A stretch of 63,218 bases of DNA, filler included, from Octopus bimaculoides (lineage: Eukaryota), in the NCBI RefSeq assembly GCF_001194135.2. It is 5 parts of 4 records of this genome, joined end to end, with 100 filler letters (N's around TTAATTAATTAA, not from the genome) between each part and the next. Parts side by side here need not be neighbours in the genome. Positions count along the whole stretch, not along the records: positions 1 to 19,082 come from NC_069003.1; 4 more parts are not named here. One strand, given 5' to 3'. The notes under the pieces were generated by a model. The model did no database searches. It saw only the letters and a program-made list of their open reading frames with translations, and was not told the origin of the DNA. This document shows, piece by piece, positions 1-13,055 of this stretch (position 1 is the stretch's first letter; each line of letters opens with the position of its first letter). Made by a program: the position numbers and the translations under genes.

Positions 1-68
1 TATATATATACATATACATGTATATATATTTATATATACACATGTATATATATTTATATATACACATG

Positions 69-99
<31 letters not shown>

Positions 100-419
100 G
101 TAGATACACATACACACATATACACACATGTACACACACAGACATACTCACACATATGTACACATCTATACTGTGTATATATATATATATATACACACAC
201 ACATAGATACACATACACACATATACACACACNNNNNNNNNNTATACACACACACATAGATACACATACACACATATACACACACAGACATACACACACA
301 TATGTACACATCTATACTGTGTATATATATATATACACACATGTATATATGTATATACACACACACATATATACACATATATTGTATGTATATATATATA
401 TACAAACATATATTGTATG

Positions 420-453
<34 letters not shown>

Positions 454-458
454 TATTG

Positions 459-532
<74 letters not shown>

Positions 533-660
533 TATTGTATGTATATATATATATATATATACACACATATTGTATGTATATATATATATAAATATACACA
601 TATATTGTATGTGTATATATATATATATATACACATATATATTGTATGTATATATATATA
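1..660. repeat. Compound (TA)n/(CA)n microsatellite with a higher-order unit (ACACATATATATTGTATGTATATA..., repeated about 6 times from 360 to 660)
   Basis: Directly visible; it explains the YI/HT/VC-repeat ORFs. Confidence 0.97.
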
Positions 661-1201
661 GATGCACATGCAACAATACAAAGATACATATTTTTATTAA
701 CTGTACATTGAAATTATATTTCTACAACAGAATTGTCGCCGATTAATATTATTTTATAATATCATATTTCCGCTCATACCAATAAACAACAACAATCACA
801 ACAATAAGAACAACAATCACAACAACAAATCCATTTTTGCTGTTGTTTTTGTTTTTTTTCGCTGCTTTTAATTTTTTTTTTTTTGTTCTTTTAACTAACT
901 TCTTGGCAGAAAGTTCGTTCGTTCGCAGCTGGTGTTTTGTTATTAATTTCTTGTTATTGGTATCGAAATATATAATAGCTTAACTACGTCTATATACCTT
1001 TCAATGCCTAGAAAATGAAAGCAAGCAAAATTTCTGTCCGTTTTACTCTTTTTCTCTTTCTTCCTTTCATTCTTACTTTCTTTTTGTTTTTGTTTTTAGC
1101 AACAGGAGTCTATAGTAACGTATATTTCTAGTCTCGGTTGTATAATAAGAGGATTGCTTCCCAGCCACACAGTCTCGACTTCCGAGCCACCCAATTCTTT
1201 G

Positions 1202-1243
<42 letters not shown>

Positions 1244-1251
1244 ATATATAA

Positions 1252-1405
1252 ATAAATAAATGCGCCCTTTTAAAACCTAGCCAGGCTCACGAGCCCGGTT
1301 TCCCGGTTTCAATGACGTATGTGTCCCCCAGCTGGACGGGAGGCCAGTCCATCGCAGCGTTGCTCATTTTTGCCCGCTGAGTGGACTGGAGCAACGTGAA
1401 ATGAA
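1252..1405 (-). mobile_element. SINE family E, body and 3' part, cut by an assembly gap
   Basis: The minus strand reads TTTCACGTTGCTCCAGTCCACTCAGC..., the segment that follows the tRNA-like head at 40247-40363 and 57210-57335. Confidence 0.65.
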
Positions 1406-1735
1406 NNNNNNNNNNNNNNNNNNNNNNNNNNNNNNNNNNNNNNNNNNNNNNNNNNNNNNNNNNNNNNNNNNNNNNNNNNNNNNNNNNNNNNNNNNNNNNN
1501 NNNNNNNNNNNNNNNNNNNNNNNNNNNNNNNNNNNNNNNNNNNNNNNNNNNNNNNNNNNNNNNNNNNNNNNNNNNNNNNNNNNNNNNNNNNNNNNNNNNN
1601 NNNNNNNNNNNNNNNNNNNNNNNNNNNNNNNNNNNNNNNNNNNNNNNNNNNNNNNNNNNNNNNNNNNNNNNNNNNNNNNNNAGAGAGAAAGAGAGAGAGA
1701 AAGAGATAGAGAGAGAGAGAAATAGAGAGAGAGAA

Positions 1736-1772
<37 letters not shown>

Positions 1773-2560
1773 TTCATAGACGCAGGCGTTGGTGTGAGGT
1801 AAGGAGATTGCTTTCCCCTCGGCGGAATTTGAACTCAGAACGTAAAGACAGACGAAATATCAGTAACCAGCCTTTTCTATACACAATATAAATATCATAC
1901 ATACCGATGTTTTTTTCCAATTTCGCGAGGTCGATAAAATACAATCGATCCCATTCTGTAATCGAGATAATCCATTTTCTAGTTACGGTTGTTGTTGTTG
2001 TTGTTGCTGTTATCGTCGTCGTCGTTGTTGGTGGTTAACCCCCAGACCAAACTCAATCGAACAAAAACATGATTAGAACTTTTCTCAGGAGAAAACAATC
2101 TATTGGGTTTTTTTGGGTTTTTCTCATTGTGTGTATGTATGTGTATGTGCGCTCACGCGTGTGTTATTACCAAGAATTGTATTAATCGAATATGTGGGAT
2201 TTCTTCATTTTTTTTTCTTTTTTATGGTCGGTCATGTGATTTGAGTGAGATTTAACTTTTATATTCTCACACCTAGATACATACTAGCACGAGTACGCAC
2301 TCGTATTCTCTCACTGCTAAACGTCGGCTGGTCTACCTGTATCCAATACTTAGAGCTAGTTTGCAGAATAGCCGCTCTCAAACGCATGTCACGAGAAATA
2401 ACTGGATTTACCACCGACTTTTAAAAATATAATTTAAGATTTATAAAAGATCCACGCAAATACTTGATCAGGTTCAAATCTTCATTTTGTCATATACTAC
2501 ACCTGTGGGTTGGTAGAACGTCAGACCAAAAATATGATTTGATATTTAATCTGGCATATT

Positions 2561-2713
2561 AAGTACTGCGGTCGAATTCCGCCGAGGTCGACTTTGCCTT
2601 TCATCCTTTTGAAATCAATAAATTAAATACCAGTGAAATACTAGGGTTGATGTTATCGACTAGTCCCCTCCCACCACCACCTCAAAATTTCAGGCCTTCC
2701 GCCTTTATTAGAA

Positions 2714-2748
<35 letters not shown>

Positions 2749-3235
2749 AGGCGGCGAGCTGGCAGAATCGTCAGCACGCCGGGCGAAATGCTTAGCGGCA
2801 TTTCGAGCGTCTTTACGTTCTGAGTTCAAATTCCGCCCAAGTAGACTTTGCCTTTCATCCTTTCGGAGTCAATAAATTATGTACCAGCGAATCACTAGGG
2901 TCGATGTAATCGATTAGTCCATTTCCCCCCAAATTCTAGGCCTTGTGCCTTTAGTGGAAAGGATTATTATTATTATTATTATTATTGAGGCACCGATCCG
3001 GCAGAATCGTTAGCACGCCGGGAAATATGCTTAGCGTTCGTCTGTCTCTACCTTCTCAGTTCAAATTCCGCCGAGGTCGACTTTACATTTCAACCGTTCG
3101 AGTTCGATGAAATAAGTACCAGTTGATCACTGGGGTCGAAATTTCAGGCTTTGTGTCTATAGTGGAAGGATTATTATTATTAATCTCCTACCCCTGAATT
3201 GTGGACCTTGTGCCTAGATCAAGATTAATTATTAA
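2561..3235 (+). mobile_element. Head-to-tail array of three SINE-A copies plus a tail fragment (2561-2745, 2748-2986, 2987-3183, 3186-3235)
   Basis: Repeated GGCGGCGAGCTGGCAGAATCG (A-box-like)...GAGTTCAAATTCC (B-box)...GTCGACTTTGCCTTTCATCC...GGCCTTGTGCCT, each followed by an (ATT)n tail. Confidence 0.92.
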
Positions 3236-3528
3236 TTGTCGTGGCTGATCTGGAGTTGAGCAATAACAAAAAGAGTGACGTAACGAATAAAGTTTTTATG
3301 TCGCCACTTGACCTGTGCAAAATAACAGCCGAATTCTTTTGAGCCAAACCACCTACAGTTTAGAAAAAAAATTGTAGGACATAGATAAAGTCCTAGACGT
3401 CTATATATAGACCCTTCACACCATGCAATATCTTCAGAAGAAAAATCGTTACGCCTGCAGCAGATTTGAACTCAAGACCTACGAATTCAACGACTAATGC
3501 TTTATTACCTTAGCTACCTTATCTCTGA

Positions 3529-3872
3529 GTGGAGGCGCAATGGCCTAGTGGTTATGGCAGCGGTCTCACGGTCATAGGATCGCGGTTTCGATTCCCAAAC
3601 CGGGCGTTGTGAGTGTTTATTGAGCGAAAATACCTAAAGCTCCACAAGGCTACGGCAGGGGATGGTGGCGAACCCTGCTGTACTCTTCCACCACAACTTT
3701 CTCTCACTCTTACTTCCTGTTTCTGTTGTGCCTGTAATTCAAAGGGTCAGCCTTGTCACACTGTGTCACGCTGAATATCCCCGAGAACTACGTTAAGGGT
3801 ACACGTGTCTGTGGAGTGCTCAGCCACTTGCACGTTAATTTCACGAACAGGCTGTTCCGTTGATCGGATCAA
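3529..3872 (+). mobile_element. SINE family B with a tRNA-Arg-like head, 3' end lost in a gap
   Basis: A box TGGCCTAGTGG and B box GGTTTCGATTCC; highly similar to the reverse complement of 14454-14843. Confidence 0.92.
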
Positions 3873-4833
3873 NNNNNNNNNNNNNNNNNNNNNNNNNNNN
3901 NNNNNNNNNNNNNNNNNNNNNNNNNNNNNNNNNNNNNNNNNNNNNNNNNNNNNNNNNNNNNNNNNNNNNNNNNNNNNNNNNNNNNNNNNNNNNNNNNNNN
4001 NNNNNNNNNNNNNNNNNNNNNNNNNNNNNNNNNNNNNNNNNNNNNNNNNNNNNNNNNNNNNNNNNNNNNNNNNNNNNNNNNNNNNNNNNNNNNNNNNNNN
4101 NNNNNNNNNNNNNNNNNNNNNNNNNNNNNNNNNNNNNNNNNNNNNNNNNNNNNNNNNNNNNNNNNNNNNNNNNNNNNNNNNNNNNNNNNNNNNNNNNNNN
4201 NNNNNNNNNNNNNNNNNNNNNNNNNNNNNNNNNNNNNNNNNNNNNNNNNNNNNNNNNNNNNNNNNNNNNNNNNNNNNNNNNNNNNNNNNNNNNNNNNNNN
4301 NNNNNNNNNNNNNNNNNNNNNNNNNNNNNNNNNNNNNNNNNNNNNNNNNNNNNNNNNNNNNNNNNNNNNNNNNNNNNNNNNNNNNNNNNNNNNNNNNNNN
4401 NNNNNNNNNNNNNNNNNNNNNNNNNNNNNNNNNNNNNNNNNNNNNNNNNNNNNNNNNNNNNNNNNNNNNNNNNNNNNNNNNNNNNNNNNNNNNNNNNNNN
4501 NNNNNNNNNNNNNNNNNNNNNNNNNNNNNNNNNNNNNNNNNNNNNNNNNNNNNNNNNNNNNNNNNNNNNNNNNNNNNNNNNNNNNNNNNNNNNNNNNNNN
4601 NNNNNNNNNNNNNNNNNNNNNNNNNNNNNNNNNNNNNNNNNNNNNNNNNNNNNNNNNNNNNNNNNNNNNNNNNNNNNNNNNNNNNNNNNNNNNNNNNNNN
4701 NNNNNNNNNNNNNNNNNNNNNNNNNNNNAAAAAAAAAAAAAAAAAAAAAATAAGAGAGAGAAGCGAAAGAATTTATAAGGCAACCCAACAACTGACGAGA
4801 AATTTTTGAAGTATATTTTTGCCACGATGAGCA

Positions 4834-5252
4834 ATATCGGTTTCAAATTTTGGCGCAAGACCACAAATTTCGCGGGTGAGCGTAAATCGATTACATCGAC
4901 TCTAGTGCTCCGAAGAGATGAAAGCCGAATTCGCCCCCGATGAAATTTGAACTCAAGACGTAAAGACGGGTGAAATACCGCAATGCATTTTACTCAGCAT
5001 GCTAACGATTCTGCCAACTCGCTACTTCAAAGTTATAATAATGGCCTTAGATTTTGGCACAAGGTGAGGAAGTTCAAGGGAGAGGGTAAGTTCATTACAT
5101 CGACTCCAGTGCGCAACTGATAGTTTATCGACCACGATAATATGAAAGGCAAAGCTGACCTCGACGGAATTAGAATGCAGAACATAAAGACGGACGAAAT
5201 GCCCCTAAGCATTTTTTCCGGCGTGCTAATGATTCTGCCTGCTCGCCATCTC
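4834..5252 (-). mobile_element. Two tandem diverged SINE-A copies (4834-5027, 5041-5252)
   Basis: Reverse-complement SINE-A motifs (GAATTTGAACTC, GCTAACGATTCTGCC, TTTTGGCACAAGG). Confidence 0.85.
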
Positions 5253-7159
5253 ATGCAGAGTAATATTAAGATATACTATAATTTAATGCTTGTCTAATTT
5301 GTTGGTGCTTTAACAAAATGAGCAAATGAATACTAATTATCAAAAGAAAAATATTGTTATACCTTGAAATAAAATTTGATAAAACAATTTTAAAAATGTA
5401 AGAAATATTCTCCCATAAAGGGACACACTTGATATATTCACAGTTCTTCATATTAGCTTCGTAGGTGATTGGTAACCCTAGTAGTGCCTGCCGCTTATTG
5501 TTATTAAAATGAATGCCCTGATAACAATGATTATGTAAAACAAAATTGGAATGACACAGAAAACGTCTTTTTGTCTTTCTCTGTCTATCTTTCTCGCTCT
5601 CTCTCTCTCTTTCTCTCTCTACGTTGTACTGGGTACTTTAGAGGTCCTCCCAGATCCTCCGTCCTTAATAAAACTTTCTACATGCAACGCACGGTGAGCA
5701 CCGGTCCGAACCCTGATGATGATTACAAAAAAAAGAAAAGGAAGAAGAAAAACAGCAAATCATTATCTACACGAAGACGACCTTACTACCTGCCTAATGT
5801 CACTTTCGACAAGGTGCATCAGAAAAATTCTATGAGAGATTTTTGTATCACATCTCTAGTAATGAAAAGTTTCACTTTTTCAGTAAATATACGAAGACAG
5901 CCTTATTACCTACCTAACTTCATTACAAGCAGGGTGCTCCAGGAAATCTTGTGGAATCATTTTTTCTTTCATTTTCGTTTTTGTTTTTTGCTGCACTCTC
6001 TCTAATGAAGAAATTTGATGTGACAGTGGATAGATTCTATAGTGGCGGCGTCAAGCAGCAAACGAAACCGTGAATCGATGCTGAAAAGCCTGGAAAGAAA
6101 AGAACAAAATTTAATAACTACAATAGTTCCAGTGACAATTGAGATCTTAATATGGACAATTTATGTGCGCCATATTACATCGAAAAATTTATTTCCTTAA
6201 ATGCTGCATGATTTCAGCTCAATCACAATTCTCTGAAGCATTTATAATATTAAAGAGTAAATTCTGAAGAATATTCAACGTACAAAATGTCCTGTTCTTA
6301 AATTTTCTATATTTTTCACTATTCCATTCAAGAGTTTCAAACGATACAAAATGTATTTGTGAAATTCTAGACATCAATCACACAGAAATCGATCGCCAAA
6401 CATTGGCACAAGGCCGCACATTTTAGAGCGAGCTTTAATTGACTTAATCGACCGAAGTGTTTCCTTTAAAGTTATTTTATCGACTATGGAAATGATGAAA
6501 GGTAAACGTTTTAGCATTCAATATATTTGCAACTTCCGGTTTTTTGTGCAGTGTATGTAGTTTATTCTTTAAAATGGAAGTAGAGAAGTGAAACATTGCT
6601 TCAGAGACAACTCGTATATCAAATTCCAGCGGCGATTTAAAAGGCCACACTTATAAATATACCAATGAGAATATACTAGGAGAATTTATAGCGGTCTTCG
6701 CTAGACAAGCATGAAGTGTAATATTTTAAGGAAAAGTAGGTATGTGTGTGTGTGTTTATGTATGAGTGTTGAGGGTTAAATTGACCTCGTGACGTTCATG
6801 ACTTTCCAAGAACATTAGCGGCAACATTGAAGAAAGACTTCTGTAATGAGAAATGAATGTGTGTTGTTACTTTACGCCAGTATCGGTTTTCTTTGATTCT
6901 GTGCAATGTTTCTGCATTTTGGCAAGAAATGAAACGTGAAATGTTGTAGCGGTGTAAGCTAAATGCAATGCTTTCCACTGCGAGTCGAACCCTTTCCTAA
7001 CGGATTTTTCTACGTGCGTTTAACTGTATATTATAGTGTACCATCGGACTAGATTTTCGAGTTCACTAAATTGCGTATGTAGCTCGCATTTAATGCATTT
7101 AACTATGCGTTTTTCGCGCAAAAAGCATTATTGTAAAATTTTTCGAATATCATGATGCG

Positions 7160-7313
7160 CAAACATGGCTCTGTAGTTAAGGAGCTCACTTTGTAACTAT
7201 GTGGTATAGTGTTCATTCTCACTGCGCAGTACCTTGCGCGGGCCAACCAATATCAAGAGACTGAATTTGTTGGACTGAAACTATATGGAAATCCGATGTG
7301 TGAGTGTGTATGG

Positions 7314-7348
<35 letters not shown>

Positions 7349-7555
7349 GTGTGTGTGTGTGTGTGTGAATGTGTGTGTGCGTGATTGTCCACCTCGCTGT
7401 AGCTTAATGGTCGTACTTCAGCAAATGTGGACGACAAAATAAATACCATACTGAAAAATATAATATCCTCCGTCCGACCCGTTTGACAAAAATCCTTCAA
7501 AGGGGTCACCCGGCGTGGCCGACGTTCAATGGTTAAAACAAGTAAAAGAAAATAG
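7160..7555 (+). mobile_element. Diverged full-length bipartite SINE C/D (tRNA-like head, internal TG/TA microsatellite, D tail)
   Basis: The head resembles 34995-35140 and the tail resembles 15600-15780 and 29828-30010 (ending ...AAACAAGTAAAAGA). Confidence 0.6.
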
Positions 7556-7734
7556 ATTACAATATTAATTTGATTTTCTAAGGAAACATCTTCAGAAAAT
7601 GTTACTGTCCTATCAAACGTTTCGTAAATACATGCTGCTTAATACAATTTCTGAGGATATCTGATAGGATACGATTGCTGGGGATATCTGATAAGACCGA
7701 GGCCGCAGCATTTAACAAACATGAAACACATTCG

Positions 7735-7770
7735 CAAGTACATGTTTCTACTTCATTTTTCATCAGTTCC
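7735..7770 (-). ncRNA. Decayed hammerhead ribozyme motif
   Basis: Minus strand CTGATGA-(AAAATGAAGTA)-GAAAC-AT-GTA. Both core boxes and the palindromic ACATGT helix III are present, but helices I and II do not pair. Confidence 0.35.
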
Positions 7771-8484
7771 AATTTCGGAGTTATTTCCCTTGGTTTTCTC
7801 ATAACAAATTGTCATTACTTTCTTCTCATTAGAGCTTAGTTTCAATTATTTATATATAAAAAAAATAACAGATTGTTTTTGGCCTACTGCCTTTAGTATT
7901 TTAGCACGCATTAAACTAAATAAATAACAACTTTTCATTGATTTATTAATATTTACTATTTTATTTATTTAATTATTGTTTATTTTAATTTAGTTTTGTT
8001 TTATTCAATCACTTTCTAAATACATTATATCGATTTTTAATATTTGTTCAATATTTCAAAGAAGAGACACAGTCAATTAAATCTGGTGTCTATTTTACCG
8101 ACATCGGCAGATTACAGTTTAAAATGAAACGACATAGGATTAAACACCGAGTAATTTATCTAACGCTCTACTGATTCTAACACTATATTACTGTATTATA
8201 TTACTGGGCCACACTAGCAGTGATCTGCTCTTGGGCAGGTCCTGTGTCTGTGAACTATCTTTCCAGTACTTTCTATATGATCTAGGTGGGCCCGTAACCC
8301 TCCCCTGCCGCCATGAAGTAGATTTCATGAACTTTGGGCACCATGACTAGAGCTGTGATGAATACTTGGGTGGTTTCCCCCGTTCCTTTCTTCAGGCAGG
8401 TGGGATTCGAACTCAGAATGTAGAGAGGCTGTAGATATACAGTAAAGCATTTCTGCCTATGCACCATCGATTTTGGCGTGCTCC

Positions 8485-8605
8485 TATCTGCAGAGCAGCG
8501 TGAAATGTAGTACTTTGCTCAAGAACACTACGTGCCCCGCGATCCAGGAATCGAACCGATGATCTAGCGATCATGAGTGCAACACCATAACCACTAGGCA
8601 ACGCA
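8485..8605 (-). mobile_element. SINE family E tRNA-like head
   Basis: The minus strand has GCCTAGTGG (A box), GGTTCGATTCC (B box) and GTGTTCTTGAGCAAAG. Confidence 0.75.
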
Positions 8606-9039
8606 TGACTAGATGTTACCAGTATTTGTTTGATTAAATTCCTTATTCACCACTATACTCGTTTTAATAATTTGGTAGTGGCCTTCTGTGAGGCAGCACA
8701 TTTAAAGGTTTGTTTTTTAATTGATCATCTAGACGACAACAGTGTTTATTTCAATCTGTTTTTAATATTTTATCAAACATTTAGATCAGTTCAAATAGGT
8801 TCAAGATAGAGTTAATCTATGTTAAGACCGTATTCACTGTCATTTGTTGTGGAGAATATTTCTCGGTTGAGGCAATAGGTGTTCAATAACAATACCAATC
8901 ATTTCCAGACACCTTCTCTTGGTGGGACGACGAAAGGATTTCTAGATTCTTCGCTACCATCAGGTGCCGTCTACCACAAGAGAGAGAGAGAGAGAGAGAG
9001 AAAGAAAGAAAGAGAGAGAGACAGACAGACACATTTATA

Positions 9040-9093
<54 letters not shown>

Positions 9094-9567
9094 GAAATAG
9101 AGAGAACCCTGAAATGACGTAGTACACATTCGTTACTTAATAGTACATCAGTATCAAACCATGCTCTGATCATGCGTAACACCAGACCCGGCTAAAAAAT
9201 ATATAACTGTAGGCGTGTGAAAGCGGTGCTTCAAATAAGCAAACATTTAGATCATTCAAACATATGTGTACAAAGATCGTATTCAAGGCTATTTGCCGTG
9301 GAGAATATTTCTCGATTTAAGGAACAGCTGTTGCCAAACAGCACAATGATTTCTAGGCGCCCTTTCTTGGCGAAGACCTTCCTAGCTTTTTGGTTATTAT
9401 CTGAATTTTTAAATAAAGGCCTTATGCTTTTACTTAGCCAAAAATGCTGTGTCGTCAGTGTAGTTACTGTAACACAATTTAAACTGACCAGTTTAGATAA
9501 GACCTAATTAATATATTATAATTAACTATATTTCATTAATCCTCCTACGAATGGAAGTTTATTACTC

Positions 9568-9610
9568 TTCCTCTGATGAAGGTCTAAAAAGACTTTAAAC
9601 TAATCAGATC
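9568..9610 (+). ncRNA. Decayed hammerhead ribozyme motif
   Basis: CTGATGA-A-GGTC-TAAAAA-GACT-TTAAAC-TAATC; helix II mostly pairs, but the GAAAC and GUC boxes are mutated. Confidence 0.35.
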
Positions 9611-10407
9611 AATTTCACGTTTATTGTCGACAAAGATATTAAAAGCGTGTGTCGTTAATATTTACTTTACAAAGCGAGGATTAAATTGTATGACACAAGG
9701 AAATTTCAGGCCAAAATAAAGACACCATACGATTTTCCTCTACACAGAAATCATCTATTAACTCCTAATAGAATCGAACAGTCACGACACGTTTTAGATG
9801 GAAACGTTTTAACCACGCAACCTTGGCTGTAACGAAGTAAACATGACTACCAAGTTATATGTAGAGCTTGTTTCAATACGTCTTTCAAATAACGGGACTT
9901 GGACTTACATAAATAAATCAATATTTACTATAATCGATATTTACACATGTTCAACAAAAGCAATATTTTGTGGGTTGATTTTGATATTAAACAAATAATT
10001 CCACAACTATCTTCGACATTTTTTCCTGCTATACTAGCTTGGTGTTGAACGGAAGTCACGAAATAATGTCCAACTGAATTATCTATTGCTTTAACATTTT
10101 TTCTCTGCTCTTCGATTTCTAAATTCCAGATATGTAAAATTTTGCTGAAATTCAATTATCAATTTCTTTACATAGCAATCTTACTTTGCACATCATTTGT
10201 ATTAAACCAAGCTAAAGGTTGTTTTATCCATATTTCAATATTTCGTGTGTTTTTTTTCTTTTCCAATGCGTGATGTATTAACTTACGCAGAGTTTTACAT
10301 TTTATACCACGTATGACAGTTTCATATTCCGTTAATAATATCATAATTATTGTTATTTTTTATTGTATTTATTGTCATTATTATTATTATTAGCAGTAGC
10401 ATCAGCA

Positions 10408-10583
10408 GTGAGGTGGCGGAACCGTTGGTGCGCCGGACGAAATGAGTTCAAACTCCGCCGAGTTCGATTTTGCTTTTCATCCTTTCGGCATCGATAAATT
10501 AAGTACCAGTTACGTGCTGGAATCGATCTAATCGACTGGCCCCCTCCCCCTAAATTTCGAGCCTTGTGCCTAGAGTAGAAAAG

Positions 10584-10617
<34 letters not shown>

Positions 10618-10845
10618 GCAGCAGCAAAAGCAATAGCAGCAGTGAGCTGGCAGAAACGTTAGCACGCCAGACGAAAAGATTAGCAGCGTTTCGTCTGTCT
10701 TTACGTTCTGAGTTCAAATTCCGCTGTGGTCGATAGGTAAAATAAGTACCAGTCAAGTACTGGGGATCCATGTAATCGACTTCCCCTCCTCTCAAAAACT
10801 GAAGGCCATGTGTCAAAATTTGAGATTATTATTATTATTATAATT
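10408..10845 (+). mobile_element. Two tandem SINE-A copies separated by (ATT)n/(AGC)n
   Basis: SINE-A head and body motifs and (ATT)n tails. Confidence 0.88.
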
Positions 10846-11497
10846 TTTGTTGTTGTTGGTGTTGTTGTTTTGCTTCACTTGTGTATTTTCGTTGTAATAT
10901 ATCGAACAAAATTTTCAACTGAAATAACTTCCGGTCGAAAACTCTTAAAAACCTTCAGCTGCTAAAATAATTTTTATTTTCTTTCTATCGCTGTATATAA
11001 TATAACATCGTCTAGTTTTACACTTCTTTATCTTATAAATATATGTATATATATATTTTTCAAATATTTATTGGAAATTGTAATCTTTTTCACAATGATA
11101 ACATCATGTAGCAAAACATTAGTGTATTACATACAACATCCAATTTACCTTAATTCTCTTCATTGGAAACATGTCAAGAAAAACGTTACGTATGTCTTAA
11201 AGATTTATCTTCGTATAATCCAAAATATGTACAAACATTAGATTACGCCTGAACATTGATTTATTGTAGTTTAGCTCATTCCCGATCAATTCTGATCGAA
11301 GTTGCATATGAATAAACTATTCCAACCCTAATGATTTTACATTCTTAGGGATATATACGACTTCATTACCCAATATGTTCCTTTTTTCTTTTTTTTTTTT
11401 TTGAACAGAAGTAATCAAAGAACTGAGAGTTTCCTAAATGTGTCCACGAAATTCTCACTACTTGAGTCTGTTTTTTAACTTTCTGCAGATTAAGAGA

Positions 11498-11692
11498 TAT
11501 TGGTTTCAAATTTTAGCACAACGCCAGCAAGTTCGCGCCGACCCCGGAGTTTAACTGGTACTTATTTTATCGACCACGAAGGACGAAAAGTAAAGTCGAA
11601 CTTCATGGAATTTGAACTCAGTACGTAAAGACGGACGAAATTCCGCTAAGTATTTTTCTCGGTGTTCTAACGATTTTGCCCGCTCACAGACT
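11498..11692 (-). mobile_element. SINE-A copy
   Basis: Reverse-complement SINE-A motifs. Confidence 0.85.
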
Positions 11693-11786
11693 AAAGAATA
11701 TTAAACAATATATCGATTCATTTTTAATGCCAAAACAGTGCGTGTTATAAGAAAAAAAATAATACAAGTCGATGGTTTGTAATTTT

Positions 11787-11990
11787 ACCTTATATTTCAA
11801 TATTTCGAGCTTAGGAACTCTTCCTCGGGAAGTCTTCGGTGTTATGGTGCTGAGATATGTTTACATCGTAAGTATTTTGAAACACGGTTGTAAATGGTGA
11901 AGCTGAAAGTAGATAAAGTCATAAATTAGGCTACTTTCGAGTCTTTTACGCAGTATTTTACGAGGAGTTATATATAGCATTGTCTTACAT
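11787..11990 (-). mobile_element. Probable PLE 3' end: GIY-YIG C-terminal remnant followed by a hammerhead-like motif (11787-11833)
   Basis: A minus frame gives RKILRKRLESSLI, like the RK.LES.xI end of Penelope endonucleases. About 130 nt downstream is CCGAGGA-A-GAG-TTCCTAAG-CTC-GAAAT. Confidence 0.45.
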
Positions 11991-12391
11991 ATATACCTAT
12001 ACATATATATATTTATATAAATATATACATATATACCTATAAATATACATATACATACATACACACACACACATATAGGCAAATTTATAGACGTCACTAG
12101 AGTGACAGAGGGTAGAAAGTGGTACGGGTATTGCTAGAAATAACAGTCAAAACCACTCATTAGCCGCAAGAGCCCTATCTTAATAAGCTGACAAGGTAGG
12201 CAAACGTCTCTACGGTCGCAAGCATAGTCACAAACCGGTGATTTCGAATTTTGATGCAGAGCATCTTGAAAACATGTGCTGATTTGATAAACGGTAGAAG
12301 TGTAAACTATAAATAATATGGGTGGCTTATTAGCAATTAAAGATCCAGGGATCGAAGTGTACGAACAAAGTTAGCTTCAAGTCATCCGCAG

Positions 12392-12428
<37 letters not shown>

Positions 12429-12519
12429 CTTTCACGGACAATAGTAGTTTATTGTGACGGAAGGTTGTGGATTTTTTGGGGTATCGAAATACAATAAACT
12501 GAAAAAAGATGTTTTAATA

Positions 12520-13055
12520 TTTCACGGTAGGCGAGCAGAGTTGCGTTCTAGGGTCGGTCTAATCAACTGCCCCATCCCAAAAAATTTCGGGCCTTGTGCC
12601 TAGAGCAGAAATGAATACATGTGTGTGTATATAAGGCGGTGAGTTGGCAGAAACGTTAGCACACCAGGCGAAATGCTTAGCGGTATTTCGTTTGTCTTTA
12701 CGTTCTGCGTTCAAATTCCGACCGAGGTTGACTGACTTTTATCCTTTCGGGGTCGATAAATTAACTACCAGTTGCATACTGGTGTCGTTCTAATCGACTG
12801 GCCCCGCCTCCCCCAAACATTTCGGGCCTTGTGCCTAGAGTAGAAAAGAATATGTGTGCGCGTATGTCTGTGTGCATGTCATTGTGTGAGTGTTTGACTC
12901 CCACCCACCACTACCGCATGTGAGCTTAGTGCTTCAGCAAAAGAGAACTACAGAATAAACACCAGACTTTAAAAAAAATTACTGAGGTCGTCTACAAAAA
13001 TTCTTCAACGGCGGTACCCCAGCATGGCCGCACTTTTATGACTGAAAAAAGTTTA
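12520..13055 (+). mobile_element. SINE-A tail, full SINE-A (12634-12852) and SINE D tail (12890-13055)
   Basis: SINE-A motifs, then GGCGGTACCCCAGCATGGCCGCA, which is shared with the other D tails. Confidence 0.85.

Noticed and set aside
18-746. Long ORFs rich in YI, HT or VC repeats here and at 17940-18451, 21097-21987, 26474-28363, 30534-31002, 32765-33262, 36916-37469, 38573-39215, 41896-42925 and 46425-47604
   Set aside because: They are translations of di-, tri- and tetranucleotide microsatellites and N gaps, which lack stop codons.
2561-3235. Regularly recurring ~200-bp units that could suggest a CRISPR-like or satellite array
   Set aside because: The units are diverged SINE copies found dispersed throughout the window; there is no short repeat/unique spacer structure and no cas genes.
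3529-3610. tRNA-like sequence with A and B boxes (also in SINE A, C and E heads)
   Set aside because: It lacks a complete acceptor stem and a following T-run terminator and continues into a repeated SINE body, so it is a SINE head and not a tRNA gene.
5770-5970. ORF 5571-6005 with a repeated RRxPYYLPN peptide
   Set aside because: It reflects a diverged ~115-bp tandem DNA duplication next to a CT microsatellite; no other coding evidence.
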